42,792 nt of DNA from Macrostomum lignano. Taxonomy: Eukaryota. Location: contig NIVC01004539.1 in NCBI GenBank assembly GCA_002269645.1, positions 1 through 42,792 of the forward strand. Reading direction: 5' to 3'. The position numbers and the translations under genes are program-made. Below are positions 35,566-42,792 of the stretch, piece after piece. The notes beneath the pieces are model-generated. The model saw only the letters and a program-made list of their open reading frames with translations. It did not search any database and was not told the origin of the DNA. The first letter of the stretch is position 1, and each line of letters begins with the position of its first letter.

Positions 35566-36899
35566 TTTAGAGAAAGCATAGCGCTCAAAAGGGCTTCACC
35601 GTAGACAAGCTGGGTCGAGATAATTAACTCTTCTTGAGAGGCACACCGGTTAGAGTACATGTACTAAAGTCACTTTGTGGCGGTACTAAAAATGTGCATT
35701 CCTTGTCGGCATTCAGCTCATTTCTAAGAAAATCGAGTGCATTCCTCTGCAGTTGTCCCTGGGGTAAATTTTACTTCTTTGTAGCACCCATTTTTTCTTG
35801 GATTTTTTTGGATTGAGTTCCGCATTCCATGATATACTTTTGCTTGTGGCTGTAGTTATATGGACCCATTCCTATTTTTTGACTCCACTTCATCAGAAAA
35901 TTCAATATCTTAAACCAGATAACCTTTCCGTTTGAAAAAATTACGTTCTTAACCTTTCTAAATGAAACTTTTATCTTTAAATATTTATGTACTCGATTAA
36001 CTGTCTGATATCAATTTCTAACTTTTAATTAACAAATTTACAAGGTAGCAGCTTAAGCGCACGTTTGCTGTTTTACATTACTGTACGGCCACTTTGAAAT
36101 TGTATAATTTTTTAAGTTAAGAAAAATGAAAGTTTCATCATCAAAATTTTCCAACTTCTTCGAAATTAAAATGTTCAAATATAACAGTTTTGCTATTTCG
36201 TTGTCTTTTCTTTTTAGTTGTTTTAGATTCTATAATAATAAAGCTTTTAAAATATTGTCATTTTCTTCACCTAATTGGAATTTTAAAATGACGGAACAAA
36301 CTAAACCAATACAAAGCACACTATAGCTACTATGCATAGTAGCAACACTAGGACACTGACTGAAGTGAAAACGAAACGAATTTTTTGTTAAGATTCGTGA
36401 AAGCCAAGAGTGTTGTATCTATTTAAGGAAAATAGGGATATACATGTATGGCTACTCAATCTTTTAGTAGTAAACTCGTTGGTACTGCTTGAAGAAGATT
36501 GGCTGAAAATATTGAAACTGACTTTCCTTATCAAATAGCTATTAAGAAATTGAAAGATTCCTTCATTTCCTTCATATTACTTCATACAAACCTTCCTCAG
36601 CATTGAAAAATCAATTGCCAAAACAGCCACGAAGCAGAGATTTTCCTGGTCACTGAATTGGTTTGCAGCGGACACGTGAGAGTCAACTGGGCCCCGTTCT
36701 TGAAAAAAACCGTTGGCTATATATGTACTGTATACGTGCAACGTAGCTACTTTACTTACAGTGCTTAAGCTGCTTTCCAGCCAGCCAAAAATCAAATATC
36801 ACATTCAAAACTTTTGTTCAAGGAAAAATCTGTACAGTATGAAGGAATTCTATTGAAATGTCCTGAAAATTTTAGATAGCGTCCTGTGTGAGCGTTGTA

Positions 36900-39800
36900 C
36901 GAGTGCGTGCCTGCGTACAGTATTGGCGCTTGATGTGCTCAGGATTACTGCCAAGATTGAGTTGGAGAGGCTTAACTACATCTGGCTGCACCGGAAGGAA
37001 CTTCTGTCAAAGTGCTTGCACGGATTGCGAGACACCCTCCACGAGAATGACGGAGACCCGAGCGAGATCGACCCGAGGGGGATCGACATCGGGAACCAGG
37101 TCATCCTGACGTCTAGCTAACGTCGGTGGCCCTCGGTACCGTCTAGAACGTCGGCAGGATGCCATGGCGTATGTGCACGCCTTCGGCCGCCCAGATCTGT
37201 TCCTGACAATGACGTGTAACCCGAAATGGCCTGAGATCCTTGCTGAGCTGCTGTATGGCCAAACTGCCGTGGATCGGCCGGCCGGGTATCACCGACTGGG
37301 TGTTCGAGCCAAAGAAGACCTTCCTCGACAGGCTGAAGATTCTGTTTGGCGACACGCTGGGTCGAGTCTGCGCTCTCGAGTGCCAGAAGCGAAGTAACTA
37401 CTATCATGCCATTATTGATTGCCTACTTTATTATGTACTAATAAAATGGTTAAAATGTTATTCATAGAGACAGAATCATTATATATGTATTTGCTGATCA
37501 TCTGGTTAGATCGAAACTTTCATTTTCCAATCCCACTCCAAGTAGGTCTTCCCCACGTGCACGCACTGCTTTGGTTGACTGTTAAGCTGAAGCCGGGTCA
37601 GTATGTCGCCATCATCAGTGCAGAACTCCCGGATCCCGTTGCCGACGCACAAGCTGGTCGGTGTTGTGAGCTGCGCCTCGCAATGCCCTTGCCCCGACCT
37701 CTGCGCTCTCCGCCCCTCCTCTCCCTGCCACTGGTTTTTTCTGGCTTGCCCCCTCCGTCTAAAGCTGCTATTCATTTTTTGTTCTCACTTTCATCAGCCC
37801 ACATTTTCATTGGCTGGCGTATTTTCATCTCTCTCTCTCGCGTGGGCTAGTCCAATCATGTGTCTCGCCGCGGAGGCACCTGATTGGCTAGCCTTCCCTC
37901 TCGCCCTTCAACTCTGTGAGTTTTGCCCCCACCCCCAGCCCTGCGTGGCTAAGCCCTCCCCAGTCCCCTGCTCAGTGCTCACCCAGTATTTATGTGCGCG
38001 CGCGGCCCTCGCCCGGCTCTCGCCCTCCCTGCTCTCTCTCTACAACTCTAGCTCTACACGTGTTTGAGTGAAAGTGAAGCTTGAAATTGAAATACAGTCA
38101 ACTGAGGCTGAGATATTAGAGGCCACGCCTGCATCAGCGCGACAAGTGACCCCGCCCGGTAAGACAGCGTTCGCTTTCGTTAATTTGTCCCGCCTTCATT
38201 ATTTACCTCTCTCGCCACCGTCTTCCTTCGGGTCTGCGAAGTGTCTGTACGCCTCCAGACCCGTGCTCACCTCTGCTGTTGCTGCTGAGTGGCTACCTGC
38301 TCACAGCCTCCTCATCTGCGTCTCCCTCTCTCCGTGGGGCTGGCCGAGTGTCTGTACGCTCCCAGCCTCTCCACCTCCACCTCGAAGTGTTCGTACGCCT
38401 CGGGGGTCGCCACTCTCTCGCCTATCCCACCTGGCAAGCTCTGGGCAGTCCAGTACCCGAACCCCTGATCAGCCCGTCTGCGGTCCGCACGGACGGAAGC
38501 AGAAAATACAACACATGGTCCCTGTGTAATGCAGCTGAATCCAGACGCGTCGTGCATGGAGAATGGCGCATGTAGCAAGCGCTATCCGAGAGAGTTCTAG
38601 GCAGTCACCATGATTCAAGAGGACGGCTACCCGCACTATCATCGCATATTAACTTAGATAAGCGGCTTCTCGGTGGCCAAGGTCGCAAAGCTGCGCGGCG
38701 GTCAGAAGGCAAACCGCGCTAGGTCGTGCTTACTGCCCTGTGCTGCTGCACGAGTTTAGGTCTCACCTGAACGTCTAGATCTGTGCGACAGTCAAGGCGT
38801 TAAACTACGTCGGTACCCTTATATTTAAGGGCAGCGATATTCCAAGTCCGGAAGGAGCTAGCTGCTGCTGCTGATGCGAAGGCCGACAGCCATGCTACTA
38901 CGGCTAGCGACGCGGCGGCTCTTCAGGAAAGTGGCGATCAGCAGCCCCATCAGTCAGCTCAGACCAAGGCGGCGCCAGCGAAGCGCAAGTCAGGCAGCAC
39001 CTTCTGGGCGGGTACTTTAGTCCCATGGAGGTGGTCAGCACCATCTTGGGCTTTTAAGTGCACATGAACAGTCGGTATCCGGCTGTCATCAGACTGGCCC
39101 TTCATCAGCCTGAAGGACGACCAGGATGCAGTTGCGCGAGACCTGCTGTACCAGGAGGTACCCCGGAACTTCACCTGAGACAACAGGGCGCACCAGTGGC
39201 ATCGCGCGAGGCACAGCCGAGAGACTGCCGATCAGCCAGCTGGCGTGCTGACGACTGGCAACAACGGCCGCGTCTACACAGTTAGCCCTCGGACGGGAGA
39301 CAGTTTCTGCCTGCGCCTGCTGCTGGTGAATGTTCGAGGCCCGACGTCATTCGAGGCGTTGCGCACCGTTGATGGCGTCCTGCTGCCGACCTTCAGAGGA
39401 CTGCTGCCGCCTGCCAGACTCGTGGACTGCTGGAAGACGACAGGCACCATGGTGACTTTGCCTGTGTGAAGCCACGGAGACGCGGTTGCCAGCGGCTCTG
39501 CGCCGCCTTTTCGCTGCCATTTTGTGTCGCCATGCAGGCGGCCCCAGCGACCCTGCAAAGCTGTGGCAGAAGTTCTCCGGCGAGTTGATCTGCTAGACTA
39601 AGGCTATAGCCCAGAGGCTGCCGAGTTGGAGGTTTAGCGAGAGCTGTAGACACTGCTGGACACCATGGGAGGAACTGAGCTGCTTGCCTACGGACTGCCT
39701 GAGCCACGTGTTGAGCCAGATCAGGTGAATTTCCTTTAACCCTTGTAGTAACTGAGACAGAGGCCGTGTTTGCGGTGTAGTCGAAACTCTTACACTCTCG

Positions 39801-40675
39801 CCGCGCTGGGCACACATCTATATATTTAGAGCTAGAATTGGGGTGGCGGCACCCACCCCGCTCTGCAGCCAATCAGACCGCCCGGGCGTACACTTTGGGC
39901 TAAGATACCGTGCGTACGCACACTACAACCTTATTTTAGAATTAACCAAGATCTATCGAAAAACTTGAGCTTGAACGCTGAATGTTGAATTTATTTTCAA
40001 GCCTCGTTTGAAACCAATTTAACCATCGTTTGAACCAACCAGATGTACGCGGAGCAAGATAAGACCGCTCAACAAGACCCTGGACGAAGCCAACGTCACC
40101 TGCTTGGCGCTGCTTCCCGGTGAGAGTCGGGTCTACCTGTCGGTCGACTCAATTTCCGCACGACGATGGGGCAGCGAGCAACTTCCCTACCGGAGCTGCT
40201 GAACCGGTTGGACTCCAACGGCCTGCCACATCACCGGTTAGAGCTGAAGGTCGGCATGCCGGTCATGATGACGAGGAATCTGGACCCTCCGCTGATGTGC
40301 CACGAGACCCGGCTGCTGCTTCGCGAACTGCGGGACAACGTACTGCTTTCGGAGGTCGCCACGGGCGTCAGCTACCACGGGCGGCAGGTTTTCATCCCGC
40401 GGATCCAACAGGAGTCGGGTCCAACCGAGCTGCCCTTCACCTTCCGCCGCCTGCAGTTCCCGATCCGATTGTGTTTCGCCATGACCATCCACCATAGCCA
40501 AGGCCAGACGCTGAGCACCTACGCCGTTGACCTGGCGATGGCCTGCTATCAACATGGCCAGGTCTGCGTGGCTCTGAGTCATGCGCAGATTGCAGAGGGC
40601 GTCAAGGTGCGAGCTTCGAGCGGCAGGACGCGCAACATCGTGCTGCGGCAGCTCATTGACAGGCTGACTAATTAA
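36900..40675 (+). pseudogene. Decayed Helitron Rep-PIF1 helicase, internally deleted, with intron/insertions
   Basis: KIELERLNYI, DAMAYVHAFGRPDLFLTMTCNPKWPEI (Rep motif 1), QKR|(G)LPHVHALLWL (HUH), HGPC..CSKRYPREF..EDGYPHY, RLLLVNVRGPTSFEALRTVDG, and PIF1 C-terminus GLPHHRLELKVG..RRLQFPIRLCFAMTIHHSQGQTL. Many stops and frameshifts. Walker A/B region not found. Confidence 0.92.
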
Positions 40676-41785
40676 CTGGTTGGAGGAATAACTTCTGCAA
40701 ATGATTCTAAGAAGTTCCTACAAGTCTTCAATAACTCCAGAGTTCTTGGTAACGAGGCAGGAGCTGTACTTTCTGATAGATAAAGTTTAGTCGGTCCCAT
40801 TTTTAAACACATAAAGCTCTTTGCAATTAAATATAACTGGCATTCTAAAGATTAGAACTTTTCTTCTAATGACCGATCATTAATTACTTATACCCGCTAA
40901 CTTTGTCAACTAGGTCAATTTTGATTTCAGGTTGTATATGGTTTTCCAAATTGCATTTTTTTGTTTGACAAACTTTTTTTCCGAAAATTGATGAAAGAGA
41001 AAAATTGCTAATTTAGATTGCCACAGATGGACTCTCAGTTTGAGCGAGCAAAATTTGCAAGTAGCAGGAATATGAAATTTTTACAGTGAGACTAAATCGC
41101 GCATTATGTGTGGGTAATGAATTATTTGTGCATTATTTGTCCCTTATTTGTCGATAATGTTCAGGTTGAGGGTGTGACGTATTAATGTGGCGGCCTCGAG
41201 AGAAATCGGCGAAGGCAAATGAATACGGCAGAGGCAATTTTGTAGCGGTAGCACTTGGCAGTAGCAATATCAGTTAATGTTAATGCGATCAATGGCCGCA
41301 GACTTGGTTTATTGTTTATTGTCAACAGAGACAGGTCAAAATACAAGTTGGATTCGTAACGATACACTGGCGGCTACACGACAATGAGTTAGATAGCTTA
41401 GGTAGTAGAAGTGGCGTGACTGAGAGTGGCAGAGGCGTGGCCTAGGGCCGTGGCGGAGTGAGGCAGGAAGAGAAGGCAAACAAACAAGAGGGCCGGGCGG
41501 CAGGGGTCTACAGGCGGGGACGCAAAGCCAGGCTCCAAGATAACCCCGAGCGCACGGCCAGACAGAACTGATAAGGAGCGGGCTGGGGGTGGGCGCGCGA
41601 GGAGAACTTAGTATAATTAATGCGCAGCTTTTCTATTGGCCGGCTGGGAAAAACAGAAAACAGAAATTATCGATCGCGCGCTGTACGCAGGCTTTACAAA
41701 TGCACGCAGCTGATTAAAATTCTTAGGGCACTACTTTAAGCAGACGTGAGAGAACGAAACTAATAATATTATAGATTGGTACCGT

Positions 41786-42214
41786 ATGTCAAAACGGCCC
41801 TTGGCGGGGCTACTTAAACTGACAACGTCACAGAGGGCATCGCTCGCTGAAGTCGTAGCACAGCAGCAGCAGCAGCTGGACGACTACAAGAAGCGACTGG
41901 CCGACATCAAGACGAGAGCACAAAAATAGGAATGCGACTGACAGGACGTCCTGGTGCAGGAGCAGGAGAAAATGTTGTTAATCAGTGTCGATACCGACTT
42001 GGAGCCACCTGCCAAACAACCTCGCAGCCAGAAGGAAGAAGAGATCGAAGAAAGAAGAAGCAGGCAAGGAGGAGGATCGTCACGAGTAGAATCTGGCTGT
42101 GGGATCGGAGGCCCAAAGAAGACTTTAAGACTCCAGTTTTGTGTCCCCAGTTGCTGCTTTTGCTCTGGTGAGATTTTATTCGACCGAGGCCTTGATCTTT
42201 GCTTTGTTCAATGA
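41786..42214 (+). pseudogene. Short charged/coiled-coil-like ORF broken by two in-frame stops
   Basis: MSKRPLAGLLK...QQQQQLDDYKKRLADIKTRAQK*ECD*QDVLVQEQEKMLL... stays in one frame, with TAG at 41927 and TGA at 41939. Confidence 0.4.
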
Positions 42215-42734
42215 CGCTGCGCTCTTTTTTGATCATTTCCGATGTCATTTTTATTGCAGTGTACACCATTGCTCTCTAATGCTTTTTTACTTCGATAGGT
42301 TGCTCTGCATTGTGCTCTGCATAAAAATTTAATTGCTAAATAGTAAGGTTTGATTTCTTAGCATTATTTCAGTTGCAGTTTCGGTGGCACAAATCGCAGC
42401 CATTGAAAGTCGATGGAAACTGAATTAAAGGGCAGGTGAACTGCCAAATTTTGGCTGTCGAAGCTGCTAAAGTAAAATCTTCGCCTGTATAATATTGAAT
42501 GAATTTAAGCCTAAAAATTCGCGCTTCCCATTAAGGATCAACTTTGCTTAATACTCATATTATTGAATATAAAATCAATCAGTACACTGAATTGACTGGC
42601 GAAGATACACCCCGGCGCTTAAGGATAGATGATGCCCCACCCCAAAAACGTTCTATGCTGCATTTCTCTGGCCGAGGCGTAGCATCAAACGTTTTGGTGG
42701 CAATTTAAAGCCTGCCCAGTCTACATGTACTCTC

Positions 42735-42792
42735 TGCGTACATTGTACCCCCTCTCTCCTCCGCGTACATTGTACCCTCTCTCCTCCGCGTA
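42735..42792. repeat. Start of a ~26-bp tandem repeat (gcgtacattgtaccc(c)ctctctcctcc) at the window edge
   Basis: Two full copies and a partial third are visible. Confidence 0.75.

Noticed and set aside
40676-41200. Helitron 3' terminus (hairpin + CTRR)
   Set aside because: No convincing GC hairpin followed by CTAG was found, so element boundaries are left undefined.
37680-41660. Possible inverted homology between the Helitron insert (37.7 kb) and the GC-rich block at 41.4-41.65 kb
   Set aside because: Only short shared words (ggccacgcct, CCAAT contexts). I could not align them convincingly by eye.
41927-41941. Stop-codon readthrough or selenoprotein
   Set aside because: One of the two stops is TAG and no SECIS-like hairpin was recognised. 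Decay is the simpler explanation.

Overview
This is eukaryotic (animal) genomic DNA with GT-AG spliced genes, GC-rich codons and introns packed with tandem repeats. The style fits a free-living flatworm such as Macrostomum, but that is inference and cannot be proven here. Five multi-exon genes can be reconstructed by hand: (1) a 5'-truncated CUBx4 type-I membrane protein with three 1-bp frameshifts (+, 52-3781); (2) a divergent G-alpha-s family subunit (+, 6605-8956); (3) an Aurora B-like kinase (-, 12814-15238); (4) ALDH7A1/antiquitin with an N-terminal presequence (-, 18597-24710); (5) a secreted PAN/Apple + Thr-rich + ALK/LTK-type glycine-rich-domain protein (+, 32437-34979). Mobile DNA: two CORE-type tRNA-SINEs, a second SINE family inserted in a minisatellite, a non-autonomous hAT element (8-bp TSD) carrying a nested 2-kb TIR element, a palindromic MITE inside a ~493-bp tandem duplication, and a decayed, intron-containing, internally deleted Helitron (36.9-40.7 kb). 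The most interesting signals are: a TE-rich domain (~24.8-30.5 kb) that has lost nearly all CpG and shows CG->CA/TG->TA double hits readable from its own internal repeats (RIP-like footprint); intron-specific minisatellites that start at and multiply the 5' splice-site motif; and an unidentified degenerate antisense ORF inside an intron. Most long ORFs in the supplied track are artefacts of simple repeats.
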